DNA of 64,000 nt from an uncultured Gemmatimonadaceae bacterium (GTDB lineage Bacteria > Gemmatimonadota > Gemmatimonadetes > Gemmatimonadales > Gemmatimonadaceae): the NCBI GenBank assembly GCA_963716745.1, contig OY970320.1, forward strand, positions 1,184,001-1,248,000, read 5' to 3'. Position numbers and translations under genes: made by a program. The notes beneath the pieces are model-generated. The model made no database searches. It was not told the origin of the DNA and was given only the letters and a program-made list of their open reading frames with translations. Each line of letters opens with the position of its first letter. Positions within the stretch are counted from its first letter, which is position 1. This document shows positions 1 through 9,698 of the stretch, in pieces.

Positions 1-175
1 CTTCATGATGAGGCCCACGATCGAGAAGATTGGCAAGCTTATGACGGCCGCCGCCGGCGGCCCGCCATCCGCCGAGGTGATCGCGCTCATGGCTAAGGCG
101 CACAAAGGCGGACGCATCGTCGCCGCGCTCCTCTTGATCGCGGTCGCAGCGATGTCCGTCGCGCGATACCTCTAA
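1..175 (+). CDS. 3' end of a membrane protein (partial, runs off window start)
   Basis: Frame 2 is open from the window edge: FMMRPTIEKIGKLM...RIVAALLLIAVAAMSVARYL, TAA at 173-175; hydrophobic C-terminal helix. Confidence 0.6.
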   Translation, partial: FMMRPTIEKIGKLMTAAAGGPPSAEVIALMAKAHKGGRIVAALLLIAVAAMSVARYL

Positions 176-182
176 CCGCCCT

Positions 183-351
183 GAGTAGGGAATTCCTGCT
201 GGAGAAACGAATGGCGACGTTGGACGTTAGCCTGCGTGGAACGTAAGAGTGGGGCTGGGACGACATTCGTCGTGACCAGCCCCACTCTCCGCTTCCACGC
301 CCTCCAACGTCCAACGTCGCCGTTCGTTGGTCCAGCAGGAAGTCCCGACTC
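183..351. repeat. ~170-nt imperfect foldback palindrome (element A)
   Basis: Nested arms TTCCTGCTGGA/TCCAGCAGGAA, AACGAATGGCGACGTTGGACGTT/AACGTCCAACGTCGCCGTTCGTT, GCGTGGAA/TTCCACGC, AGAGTGGGGCTGG/CCAGCCCCACTCT. Confidence 0.9.
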
Positions 352-396
352 CTCTCCACTCGCTACTCGCCGTCCCAGCGTGCATCTTCCCTCGCA

Positions 397-2644
397 ATGA
401 ATTCCCTGCAATCCCGCCTCTCCCCCGCCCTGGCCGGCCGCTACACGCTCGACCGTGAGCTCGGCGAAGGCGGAATGGCCATCGTGTACCTCGCGCACGA
501 CGTGCGCCACGATCGCCAGGTCGCGGTCAAAGTGCTCCGCCCGGAGATCTCCGCCGAGATCGGCGCCGAGCGATTCCTGCGCGAGATCAAGATGGCCGCC
601 GGACTCACGCACCCGCACATCCTCCCGGTGTTCGACTCCGGCGAAGCCGATGGGCTGCTCTTCTACGTGATGCCGAGCATGGAAGGGCGTTCGCTGCGCG
701 AGCGCCTCGACAAGGAGCGCCAGCTGCAGCTTGAGCGACGCCCTCCGCCTCACGCGTGAGGTTGCGTCCGCACTCGATTACGCGCACCGGCACAACGTGA
801 TGCACCGCGACATCAAGCCCGAGAACATTCTGCTGCATGAGGGCGCGGCCATGGTCGCCGACTTCGGCATCGGCAAGGCGCTCTCCGGCGAAGGCCGCTC
901 GATCACGCAGACCGGTCTCGCGATCGGCACGCCCGCGTACATGAGCCCCGAACAATCTGCCGGCGAACTCGGCACCGATGGCCGAAGCGATCTCTATTCC
1001 CTCGGCTGCGTGCTGTACGAGATGCTCACCGGCGAGCCGCCCTTCACCGGCGTCACGCCGCAGGCGATCATCGCGAAGCGCTTCGTGTCGCCCATCCCGA
1101 GCGTGCGCACCACGCGCGATGTGCCCGAGGCGGTGGACGCCGCGGTCACCCGCGCCCTCGCGCGCACACCGGTGGACCGCTATCCCACTGCCGCCGATTT
1201 CGCCGAAGCGCTGCGCACCATCGGCCGCGACGGCACGGGTCCGCAGCGCGCCGCCACCGAGTCGAACAAGGCCGCCCCGAAGGCGATCGCCGTGCTCCCC
1301 TTCAAGAACATGAGCGCCGATCCGGAGAACGAGTATTTCTCCGACGGCATGACCGAGGAGATCATCAACGCCCTCGGGAAATTGCCCGGCATCCACGTGG
1401 CGTCGCGCACCAGTTCCTTCGCCTTCAAGGGGAAGGAGGTGGACGTGCGTCAGATCGGCGAGAAGCTGGGCGTCGCCTCGGTGCTCGAGGGCAGCGTGCG
1501 CAAGATCGGCAACAAGATCCGCCTCACGGCACAACTGATCAGCGTCGACAGCGGCTATCACATCTGGAGCGAGACGTTCGATCGCCAGCTCGAGGATGTG
1601 TTCGCCGTGCAGGACGAGATCTCGCGCGCCATCGTCGATGCGCTCAAGCTCCGGCTCGCGGGCGACGAGGCACAGGTCCTTGCGCCCACGAAGAATCTCG
1701 AAGCGTACACGCTCTACCTGAAAGGACGCTTCTTCTTCGCCAAACTCTCCGAGCCCGCGCTGCGCCGCTCGCTCGATCTCTTCCAACAGGCGCTGCTGCA
1801 GGATCCCGCGCTCGCCCGCGCCTACGCCGGCATCGCCGATGCGTGGTGCAATCTCGCCGACGATTGGGTCGCGCCCGACGACGCGTATCCGCGCGCGAAA
1901 GGCGCCGCCGAACGCGCGCTGCAGCGCGAGCCCGAGCTCGCGGAAGCGATCACATCGCTCGGCAAGGTGCTCGGTTGGCACGAATGGAAGTTCGCCGAGG
2001 CGGAGACGCAGCTCGCGCGCGCGGTGGCGCTGAGCCCCAACTACGCGGAAGCGCACTACGTGCACGCCACGCTGCTCCCCTCCGTCGGCCGGCTGCACGA
2101 CGGGATCGAGACGATGCGCAAGGCGCTGCTGCTTGATCCGCTCTCGGTGCATTACAGCGAATGGCTCACGCGCTTCCTGCTGTTCGATCGCGACTATGAT
2201 GCCGCCATCGTGCACGGTCTTCGCACGATCGACATGGATGAGATCTGTCATCGCGCGCAGCACTACATCGGCTCCGCGCACCTCGCGCTCGGCGACGCCA
2301 AAGAGGCGCTCAACTGGTACCGGCGCGCGCAGTCGCTCGAGCGCGCGCCGCGCTCGTGGGACGCGCTGATCGTGCGCGCCCTCGCCGCGCTCGGCCAGCG
2401 CGAGGAGGCGGACGCGATCCTCAAGCGGCTGGAAGAGGAGGGGAAACATCAGTACCTGCGCGCCGAGATCATCGCGACTGGTTACGCCGCCGTCGGCGAT
2501 CTGGACGGCGCATTCGCATCGCTCGAGCGCGCGTACCAGTCGCGCTCGGCGGGATTGCTCTATCTCCATCTCGATCCGGGATACGAGCCGTTGCGGAAGG
2601 ATCCGCGGTACGCGGATCTCGTCAAACGGATCGGAGTGCGCTGA
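397..2644 (+). CDS. Hanks-type Ser/Thr kinase with TolB-N-like and TPR C-terminal region (apparent +1 frameshift near 730)
   Basis: GEGGMAIVY and VAVK in ORF 397..759; HRDIKPEN, DFG, GTPAYMSPEQ, IAVLPFKNMS..EYFSDGMTEE and TPR helices in ORF 731..2644. Confidence 0.9.
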
Positions 2645-2663
2645 GCGCACCACGGCCCATCCC

Positions 2664-3014
2664 GCATTCAACAAGGGCGACACCACCGCGATGGCCGCGG
2701 CATGCGCGCCGCAGGCGTCGATCATCGATGAATTCCCACCGCACGTGTGGCAGGGCACAGGCGCGTGCATGGCGTGGGCCAATGCCTTCAACGGCGACGC
2801 CGAGAAGAACAAGATCACGGAGCCATTCGTGACCCTCGGCAAGCCGAGGCACGTCGACATTACCGGGGACGTCGCCTACGTGGTGGTCCCCGCGACGTAC
2901 ACGTTCAAGAAGAACGGGAAGCCGGTGAGAGAGAAGAATTCGATGCTCACGCTGTCACTCGCGAAGAGCGCAGGCGGTTGGCTCATCACCGGCTGGGCCT
3001 GGGCGAAGCACTAA
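2664..3014 (+). pseudogene. Probably 5'-truncated NTF2/SnoaL-like protein
   Basis: Protein-like frame extends upstream of ATG 2691 (AFNKGDTTAM) with no start or signal peptide after the kinase stop; C-terminal GDVAYVVVPATY..GWLITGWAW is NTF2-fold-like. Confidence 0.45.
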
Positions 3015-3033
3015 CACGCACGACTCGGTACTC

Positions 3034-3084
3034 ACGCCGTTACTGACTCGGAACTCGAATCACCGAGGAGTCAGGTAACGGCGT
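3034..3084. terminator. Hairpin between convergent genes, overlapping the PP2C stop codon
   Basis: ACGCCGTTAC-TGACTC pairs with GAGTCA-G-GTAACGGCGT. Confidence 0.5.
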
Positions 3085-3841
3085 CCGTTTCCTGCGTGAT
3101 GAGTTTATCCCCATCAATGCTCGCGACGCGCACCACGATCGCCGTGATGTTGTCGAGCCCGCCGCGGCCGTTCGCCTCGGAGATCAGCGCGTCCACCACC
3201 CGCTGCGCATTCGCGCGCGACTGCAGCAGCGTCTGGAGCCGGCGGTCGTCCACCATGCCGGTGAGGCCATCGCTCGCGACGAGGAATGTGTCGCCCTGCT
3301 TCACCGGGCCCGTGTACGTATCGGGCTCCACGTCCGCACTGGCGCCCACGCAGCGCGTGATCACGTTCGAATAGGGGTGATACCGCGCCTGTTCCGGCGT
3401 GAGGAATCCCGCGTCCACCTGCTCCTGCACATACGAGTGGTCCTTCGTGAGCTGGTGCAGCACGCCCTCGCGCAGCAGGTACACGCGCGAATCGCCCACC
3501 TGGCCGATGAGGTATTTCCCGTCGCGCAGCAGCAGCACGCTCGCGGTGGTGCCCATCCCCTGCTTGTCCACTTCGGTGAGCGTGCGCTCGAAGATCGCGA
3601 GGTTCGCGCGTTTCATCGCCTGTCCCACCTGCGCGATCACGCTGTCGTCGATGTCCTTCACGGAGCGCAGCTCGTCGGCAATGATCCCCACCGCCATCTC
3701 GCTCGCGACCTCGCCCGCCGCATGGCCGCCCATGCCGTCGGCAACGACGAAGAGACCGGCGCGCACATCCGTGTGCAGCGAATCTTCGTTGCCCGGCCGG
3801 ATCATTCCGACGTTGGTGGCCTGCCCGACTTCGAGTTGCAC
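3071..3841 (-). CDS. PP2C-type (Stp1/IreP-like) Ser/Thr phosphatase
   Basis: RPGNED, VADGMGGHAAGEVAS, MGTT, VGDSR, SDGL, GGLDNIT; GTG start just after the FHA gene stop. Confidence 0.93.
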   Translation of the reverse strand: MQLEVGQATNVGMIRPGNEDSLHTDVRAGLFVVADGMGGHAAGEVASEMAVGIIADELRSVKDIDDSVIAQVGQAMKRANLAIFERTLTEVDKQGMGTTASVLLLRDGKYLIGQVGDSRVYLLREGVLHQLTKDHSYVQEQVDAGFLTPEQARYHPYSNVITRCVGASADVEPDTYTGPVKQGDTFLVASDGLTGMVDDRRLQTLLQSRANAQRVVDALISEANGRGGLDNITAIVVRVASIDGDKLITQETDAVT

Positions 3842-3842
3842 C

Positions 3843-5108
3843 CTAACGACCCAAGAGGTAGAGGACGAGTGCGCCGAGAGCCAGGACACCAATGAGCCAC
3901 ACCCACACCGGCATGGCCTTCGCTCGCGCCGGCAACGCCGGGCGCGCATCCGCGCGCTCCTTGGCCGCCACCGCGCCTGCCCGGGGCGGTGTCACCGATT
4001 GCGATTGCGGCGGCGTCTTTCCGGGCGTCTGCTTCACCGTGGAGCGTGCCTTGCCATCGGCCGGCTTGAGCGCCGCGATCGCGCGCGTCTGCCCCGCGCC
4101 GCCGGCTTCGGCATCCGAAGCGCGAAAGATGAATTTCACGCCGCCGAATCGCAGATCCGGCGCGCCGACCAATTGCTGTTCACCGTTGATCCGCTTGCCG
4201 CCCACGTAGGTGCCGTTGGTGGAGCCCATGTCCACCACCCACCATCCCGCCTCGCGCCGCTGGAGCTTCACGTGGGTGTCGGAGATGCTCTCGTCCGCGA
4301 TCACGATGTCGTTATGGGCGCCGCGCCCGATGTGCGTGAGCGGCGAGCGCACCTCGAACGACTTTCCGTTCAGCACGCCGGAGCTGGTCACAGTCAGCGT
4401 GCCGAGCACGGTGCGCTCCGCCGCGGCGACCACGCGCGGGCCGGCCGACGGCGCGAGATTGTCGGCGTGGAAGCGGAATTCCTCGGTGCCCACCACGATC
4501 AGATCGCCCTTGCCGAGCCGCACCGGCGCCGCAATGCGCGAACCGTTCACGGTCACGCCGTTCGTGCTCGTGTCGGTGAGCACGTAACCGTCGGGCGTCG
4601 AACCGATCACGGCGTGCTTGCGCGACACATCCCCCGAGCTGACCACCACATCGCATGTCGGGTCTCGGCCGAGCACGAGGCCACCCACCGGCACCGAATA
4701 CTCACGGCCATCCACCAAGGAGATGAGCCGGCCGCCCGTGGCCGCGGTAGGTTTGTGCTGCGCCATTGGTGAAGAAGCTCCCGGCGTCGGGAGCTTCACG
4801 TTCGGAACGTATTGGGTGTTCCCCGCCTTCTTGTCGTCGCCGAAGAAGAGCTCACGGCCGCCGATCTCCATCTTGTCGCCGTGCAGCAGCGGCGATGGCT
4901 CCGCGCCCAGCGCCACGCCGTTCACCTTCACGACCGCATCGGCGCCACGCCACACGACGGTCTCGCCGTCGGCGCCCACCACCAGCCGCGCGAACACGCC
5001 CTCCGCGCCACCCCCGGCGAGCCGGATCTGCGCGTCATTCCCCGAGCCGACGGCGTTCTCGCCGGCGACCAGTGGAAACTGCTGTCCCTCGAGCTTGATA
5101 TACGGCAT
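3843..5108 (-). CDS. Triple-FHA-domain protein with C-terminal membrane anchor
   Basis: LGRD..VSRKH..STNG and IGRG..ISDTH..STNGT motifs, a degenerate first FHA, C-terminal VWVWLIGVLALGALVLYLL. Confidence 0.88.
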   Translation of the reverse strand: MPYIKLEGQQFPLVAGENAVGSGNDAQIRLAGGGAEGVFARLVVGADGETVVWRGADAVVKVNGVALGAEPSPLLHGDKMEIGGRELFFGDDKKAGNTQYVPNVKLPTPGASSPMAQHKPTAATGGRLISLVDGREYSVPVGGLVLGRDPTCDVVVSSGDVSRKHAVIGSTPDGYVLTDTSTNGVTVNGSRIAAPVRLGKGDLIVVGTEEFRFHADNLAPSAGPRVVAAAERTVLGTLTVTSSGVLNGKSFEVRSPLTHIGRGAHNDIVIADESISDTHVKLQRREAGWWVVDMGSTNGTYVGGKRINGEQQLVGAPDLRFGGVKFIFRASDAEAGGAGQTRAIAALKPADGKARSTVKQTPGKTPPQSQSVTPPRAGAVAAKERADARPALPARAKAMPVWVWLIGVLALGALVLYLLGR

Positions 5109-5203
5109 CAGCACCAGGCAGGCGTGAAAGCGCGCACCCGGAGGGCGCGCGCCGCAACTCGAAACTATTTCCCGGGGAGAGCGGCGGCAAGGAGCCAATA
5201 CTA

Positions 5204-5281
5204 CAGACCTAGACGTTAGACCTAGACGCTAGAATGCGTCCGTAGCTGTCTTCTAGCGTCTAGGTCTAGCGTCTAGGTCTG
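5204..5281. repeat. Foldback element family C, copy 1
   Basis: CAGACCTAGACGTTAGACCTAGACGCTAGAA ... TTCTAGCGTCTAGGTCTAGCGTCTAGGTCTG; 13-nt unit AGACCTAGACGCT. Confidence 0.9.
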
Positions 5282-5296
5282 CTGTTAAGTTGAAGC

Positions 5297-8140
5297 ATGA
5301 AGTCCCACTTGGTCATCAGAGGCGCGCGGCAGCACAACCTCCGGGGAGTCGACCTCGACATCCCCCGGCGCGCCATCACGGTGATCACCGGGCCCTCCGG
5401 ATCGGGCAAGAGTTCGCTCGCGTTCGACACGATCTACGCCGAGGGGCAGCGGCGCTACGTCGAGTCGCTCTCGGCGTACGCGCGGCAGTTCCTCGAGCGC
5501 ATGGAGAAGCCCGACGTCGATTTCATCGACGGTCTCTCCCCCGCCGTCGCGATCGAACAGAAGAACCCCACGCGCACGTCGCGATCCACCGTGGGCACCG
5601 CCACAGAGATCTACGACTTTCTGCGGCTGCTCTGGGCGCGTACCGGCCACACGCATTGCGCCGTATGCGGCCGCGAGCTCAGACCCGACAGCGTTCAGAC
5701 CGTCACCGATCGCCTGCTTGCGCTCGACGCCGGCACCCGGTTCTCGATCGCGTTCCCGCTCCGCCTCAGCGAACAGGTGACGCACGCGCAGGTCGTCGAG
5801 GGCCTTCGCGCGCAGGGCTTCGTGCGCGTTCTGCAGGACGGCACGCTCAAACATCTCGACGAGTTGAGCGAGACCGACGATCTCACCGCCGCGAAGGAGT
5901 TGTTGATCGTCGTCGATCGTCTGCAGGTCCCGTCCGACGTCGCCTCTCTTCCCGACACCACCCGCCGCCTCGCCGACGCCCTAAGCACCGCCTTCGCCGA
6001 GGGCGACGGCGACGCTGTGGCCCTCGTAGTTGCAGGCGACAGCCGACAGCCGACAGCCGGTGTTCGCCTTTCATTCACCACCCACTTCGAATGTCCCGAA
6101 GGACACGGAAAGGCCCCCACTCCGACGCCCCAACTTTTCTCCTTCAATAATCCGCGAGGCGCCTGCCCCACCTGCAATGGATTCGGCGCCACGCTCGAGT
6201 ACGATGAGCAGCTCATCGTCCCGCACCCCGAGCGCACGCTCCGCGAGGGCGCGATCGACCCGTGGACCAAGCCGCGCTATGACGGCCGCCGCGCCGCGCT
6301 GGCCGCGTTCGCGAAGAAGGAGAGCATCCCTTTCGATACGCCCTGGCGCGAGCTCACCGCCGACCAGCACCGCCAACTCTTCCACGCGAAGTCCCGCGGC
6401 TACAAAGGGATCATTCCGTTCCTGCAAGACCTCGAGCCCAAGAAGTACAAGCAGTACATCCGCGTGTTCCTCAGGCAGTACCAGCTCGCACACATCTGCC
6501 GCGACTGCCACGGCGCGCGGCTGCAGCCCGCGTCCCTCAATGTGCGCGTCGCCGGGCAGAACATCGCGCAGGTGAGCGCGCTCCCGGTCGAACAGCTCGA
6601 CGCGTGGCTCACCGATCTCAAGTTGTCGGCATTCGAGCAGCAGATCGCCACACATATCCTGCGCGAGGCGCGCGCCCGCACGCGCTTCCTCGTGGACGTC
6701 GGACTCGGCTACCTCTCGCTCGACCGCGCCACGCGTTCGCTCTCCGGCGGCGAAGCCCAGCGCATCGCGCTCGCGAATTCGCTGGGCGCGCACCTCGTGG
6801 ATGCGCTCTACGTGCTCGATGAGCCCAGCATCGGCCTGCACCCGCGCGATGTGAGCCGTCTGCTGACCTTGCTCAAGCGCCTCAAGGACGACGGCAATAC
6901 CGTGATCGTCGTGGAGCACGATCTCGAAGCGATCCGCGCCGCCGATCATATGGTGGAACTCGGCCCCGGCAGCGGCGAGAACGGCGGCCGAGTGGTGTTC
7001 GCCGGCCCGATCGCGGACGCGGCGAAGAGTCCGCTCACCGGCAAGTATCTCACCGGCCAAGAGCGCATCCCGCTTCCCGCTTCCCGCGCCGTCCCGCGCT
7101 CCTGGCTCACGGTGAGCGGTGCGCGCGAGCACAACCTGATCAACGTCACCGCCAAGTTCCCGCTCAACGCGATGACCGTCGTCACCGGCGTGAGCGGCAG
7201 CGGCAAGAGCACGCTCATCCACAATGTGCTCTACCGAGCCCTCGAGAACCGCCTTCGCGGCGACAGCACCGCCAAACAGCACCTCGGCGAGATCATCGGC
7301 GCGTTCGACACACTCACGGGCTGGGAGACGCTCGAGGACGTGGTGCTCGTGGACCAGAGCCCCATCGGCAAGAGCCCGCGCTCGAACCCCGTGACCTACG
7401 TGAAAGCCTGGGACGAAGTGCGTCGCATCTTCGCGGCGCAACCGCTCAGTAAACAGAAGCGATTCAGTGCCGGCACCTTCAGCTTCAACGTGAAGGGCGG
7501 CCGCTGCGACGTGTGCGAGGGCGCCGGGCAGATCCAGATCGAGATGGTGTTCATGGCCGACGTGTACGTGCCGTGCGACGAATGCGGCGGCAAACGCTTC
7601 AAGCCATCCGTGCTGGAAGTGAGAGTGAACGGCAAGAACATCTACGACGTGCTGCAGCTCACCGTGGATGAAGCGATCCGTTTCTTCCCGCGCGAGGAGA
7701 AACTCGGTCAGGCGCTATGGCAGTTGCAGCAAGTCGGCCTCGGCTACCTGCGGCTCGGGCAGCCCGCGCCAACACTCAGCGGCGGCGAGAGCCAACGCAT
7801 CAAGATCGCTCGCGAACTCGCGACCAGCGGCCGCGCGCAGGGGCGCAAGCTCTACATTATGGACGAGCCCACCACGGGTCTTCATCTGGACGACATCAAG
7901 AAACTCGCGCGGGTGTTCGAGCGTCTCGTGGACCATGGGCACACGCTCATCGTGATCGAACACAATCTGGATGTCATCAAGCTGGCCGACTGGGTGGTGG
8001 ACTTGGGCCCCGAAGCGGGAGCCGGTGGCGGCACGGTGGTCGCGATGGGCCGCCCGGAGGAGGTCGCGTTGGTGGAGGCGAGTCACACCGGCCGGTGGCT
8101 GCGCACCGTACTGAATCCCGCACGCCACATTGGCTCGTGA
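5297..8140 (+). CDS. uvrA: Excinuclease ABC subunit A
   Basis: GARQHNL, GPSGSGKSSLAFDTIYAEGQRRYVESLS, two ABC modules (LSGGE, LDEP), Cys zinc fingers. Confidence 0.97.
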   Translation: MKSHLVIRGARQHNLRGVDLDIPRRAITVITGPSGSGKSSLAFDTIYAEGQRRYVESLSAYARQFLERMEKPDVDFIDGLSPAVAIEQKNPTRTSRSTVGTATEIYDFLRLLWARTGHTHCAVCGRELRPDSVQTVTDRLLALDAGTRFSIAFPLRLSEQVTHAQVVEGLRAQGFVRVLQDGTLKHLDELSETDDLTAAKELLIVVDRLQVPSDVASLPDTTRRLADALSTAFAEGDGDAVALVVAGDSRQPTAGVRLSFTTHFECPEGHGKAPTPTPQLFSFNNPRGACPTCNGFGATLEYDEQLIVPHPERTLREGAIDPWTKPRYDGRRAALAAFAKKESIPFDTPWRELTADQHRQLFHAKSRGYKGIIPFLQDLEPKKYKQYIRVFLRQYQLAHICRDCHGARLQPASLNVRVAGQNIAQVSALPVEQLDAWLTDLKLSAFEQQIATHILREARARTRFLVDVGLGYLSLDRATRSLSGGEAQRIALANSLGAHLVDALYVLDEPSIGLHPRDVSRLLTLLKRLKDDGNTVIVVEHDLEAIRAADHMVELGPGSGENGGRVVFAGPIADAAKSPLTGKYLTGQERIPLPASRAVPRSWLTVSGAREHNLINVTAKFPLNAMTVVTGVSGSGKSTLIHNVLYRALENRLRGDSTAKQHLGEIIGAFDTLTGWETLEDVVLVDQSPIGKSPRSNPVTYVKAWDEVRRIFAAQPLSKQKRFSAGTFSFNVKGGRCDVCEGAGQIQIEMVFMADVYVPCDECGGKRFKPSVLEVRVNGKNIYDVLQLTVDEAIRFFPREEKLGQALWQLQQVGLGYLRLGQPAPTLSGGESQRIKIARELATSGRAQGRKLYIMDEPTTGLHLDDIKKLARVFERLVDHGHTLIVIEHNLDVIKLADWVVDLGPEAGAGGGTVVAMGRPEEVALVEASHTGRWLRTVLNPARHIGS

Positions 8141-8191
8141 ATCACGGGCCGCTGGCGACAGCCGACAGTCGACTGCCGACGTCCGGATTTC

Positions 8192-8220
8192 TTGATTTAC
8201 CCCTCTCGCACGACTAGACT
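8192..8220 (+). promoter_or_regulatory. sigma70-type promoter of tRNA-Asn
   Basis: TTGATT-N17-TAGACT, 12 nt upstream of the tRNA. Confidence 0.7.
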
Positions 8221-8232
8221 TCCCCTCCCTGA

Positions 8233-8306
8233 TCCCGAGTAGCTCAGCTGGTCAGAGCGGGTGACTGTTAATCACTAGGTCGGGGGTTCGAGTCCCTCCT
8301 CGGGAG
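8233..8306 (+). tRNA. tRNA-Asn(GTT)
   Basis: Acceptor stem TCCCGAG/CTCGGGA, D-arm TAGCTCAG..AGAGC, anticodon arm GTGA-CTGTTAA-TCAC, T-loop GGTTCGAGTCC; CCA not encoded. Confidence 0.97.
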
Positions 8307-8312
8307 CTCCAG

Positions 8313-8357
8313 AAACGGCAAAGGCCGCTCCAATTCGGAGCGGCCTTTGTCGTTTTT
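8313..8357. terminator. Intrinsic terminator, likely bidirectional
   Basis: AAAGGCCGCTCC-AATTC-GGAGCGGCCTTT followed by a T-rich tail. Confidence 0.85.
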
Positions 8358-8373
8358 AGAACCCCCTGGCGCC

Positions 8374-8895
8374 CTACTTCGCCAGCAGCGCTTCCGCCAT
8401 CTTCAGGTGCGCGCCGAACGCCGGCGCCGCGTTCTGCACGAACGTCTTGAGCTCCGCGTTCTGGATCGCGGGCAGGAACTGGTTCGTGACGGCGTCGATC
8501 ACCGCCTTGTGGTACGCCACTTCGTGCTCGAGGAATGCCGAGTCGAATGCCGGACCGCTCAGGCCGTTCAGCTTCTTCATCGTGGCGTTGTAGTCGAGCA
8601 GCAGCGGGAAGTCCGCCGGCACCGGCACCGGCGTGACGCCAAGCTTCGTCGCCAGCGCGCGCGCCTGCTTCTGCAGGCCGCCGTGGTCGCTCGCGAGGTG
8701 CGCGCCGAACTCGCGCACATCCGCCCGTGCCGCCTTCTTCGAGGCGAGAGTGCCGGTGGAGATATCCCATGTGTTCGCCGCGTCGAAGATGCCGACGATC
8801 TGCGCGTCGGTGATGAACAGCTTCCGTCCGCCCGCGAACGCCGACAGCGCGATGACCGCGCCGAGCGCCGCAAAACCGATCCATGACCTGCGCAT
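8374..8895 (-). CDS. Secreted DUF4142 (ferritin-like four-helix) protein
   Basis: Signal peptide MRRSWIGFAALGAVIALSAFA; VREFGAHLASDH, LSGPAFDSAFLEHEVAYH, HLKMA. Confidence 0.85.
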   Translation of the reverse strand: MRRSWIGFAALGAVIALSAFAGGRKLFITDAQIVGIFDAANTWDISTGTLASKKAARADVREFGAHLASDHGGLQKQARALATKLGVTPVPVPADFPLLLDYNATMKKLNGLSGPAFDSAFLEHEVAYHKAVIDAVTNQFLPAIQNAELKTFVQNAAPAFGAHLKMAEALLAK

Positions 8896-8955
8896 GAGAA
8901 AACTCCTTTGAAGTGGGTTGCCGCCGCCGGCGCACCCGCGCCGGCCGGAGCCCCG

Positions 8956-9018
8956 AGAGTAGTGCCGGGCGTCTAATATGTCAAGTTTCTTGTGTACATA
9001 TAATATGTCCACTATATT
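8956..9018. promoter_or_regulatory. Divergent sigma70 promoters with a palindromic operator
   Basis: Minus: TTGACA(8984)-N17-TACTCT; plus: TTGTGT(8990)-N17-TATATT; palindrome GTGTACATA-TAA-TATGTCCAC; TAATATGTC twice. Confidence 0.65.
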
Positions 9019-9024
9019 CCCACT

Positions 9025-9649
9025 ATGACCCCCGCCCGCCTCGCCCTCACGCCGCCCCGCCAGCGCGTGCTCGCCGCCCTGCGCACCGGATCGCGCACGG
9101 TGAACGATCTCGCCGGCGGGCTGCACGTCACCGACAACGCCGTGCGCGGGCATCTCGCCGCGCTCGAGCGCGCCGGCCTCGTGCGCGCCACCGGCACCGT
9201 GCGGTCGGGCGATGGCCGGGAAGCCCGCCGTGGAATATGAGGTCACCCAGCAGGCCGAGATCGCGCTCTCGCGAGCCTACGCGCCGGTGCTCGAGGCGCT
9301 CGTCGCCACGCTGGAGCGGCGGCTCGACGGCCGCGCGCTGCTCGAGGCCTTCCGCGATGCGGGGCGCCGACTCGCCGAAGGCGCAAAGCGCCCGGCCTCG
9401 CTCGCCGCGTGCGCCAACATGGTACGCACGCTCCTCACCGATCTCGGCGGTTCGGTCACTGTCACGCGCAAACGCACGCATATCGACGTGCAGGCCAGCG
9501 GCTGTCCGCTCGCGGCGGCCGTCACGGGCGTGCCCGCGAGTTGCACGATGGTGGAAGCGATGCTCGAGGCGCAGACCGGGCGTCCGGTGCAGCAGCGCTG
9601 CGCGCACGGCGCGCGCCCGAGCTGCGCCTTCCGGATCATGGCGGGCTAG
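9025..9649 (+). CDS. ArsR/SufR-like HTH regulator with Cys-rich C-terminus (apparent +1 frameshift near 9211)
   Basis: TVNDLAGGLHVTDNAVRGHLAALERAGLV continues in another frame as AGKPAVEY...GCPL..C..RCAHGARPSCAF. Confidence 0.85.
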
Positions 9650-9698
9650 GGTGGATGCAGTGCGTACCGCAGTTCGTACGGCAGTCTAACGTCTCAGT

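Noticed and set aside
605..2860. Long antisense and alternate-frame ORFs (e.g. 605..2860, 6071..7441, 36401..38128, 54878..57367, 61023..62366)
   Set aside because: Shadows of real genes in GC-rich DNA; Arg/Ala-rich and without motifs
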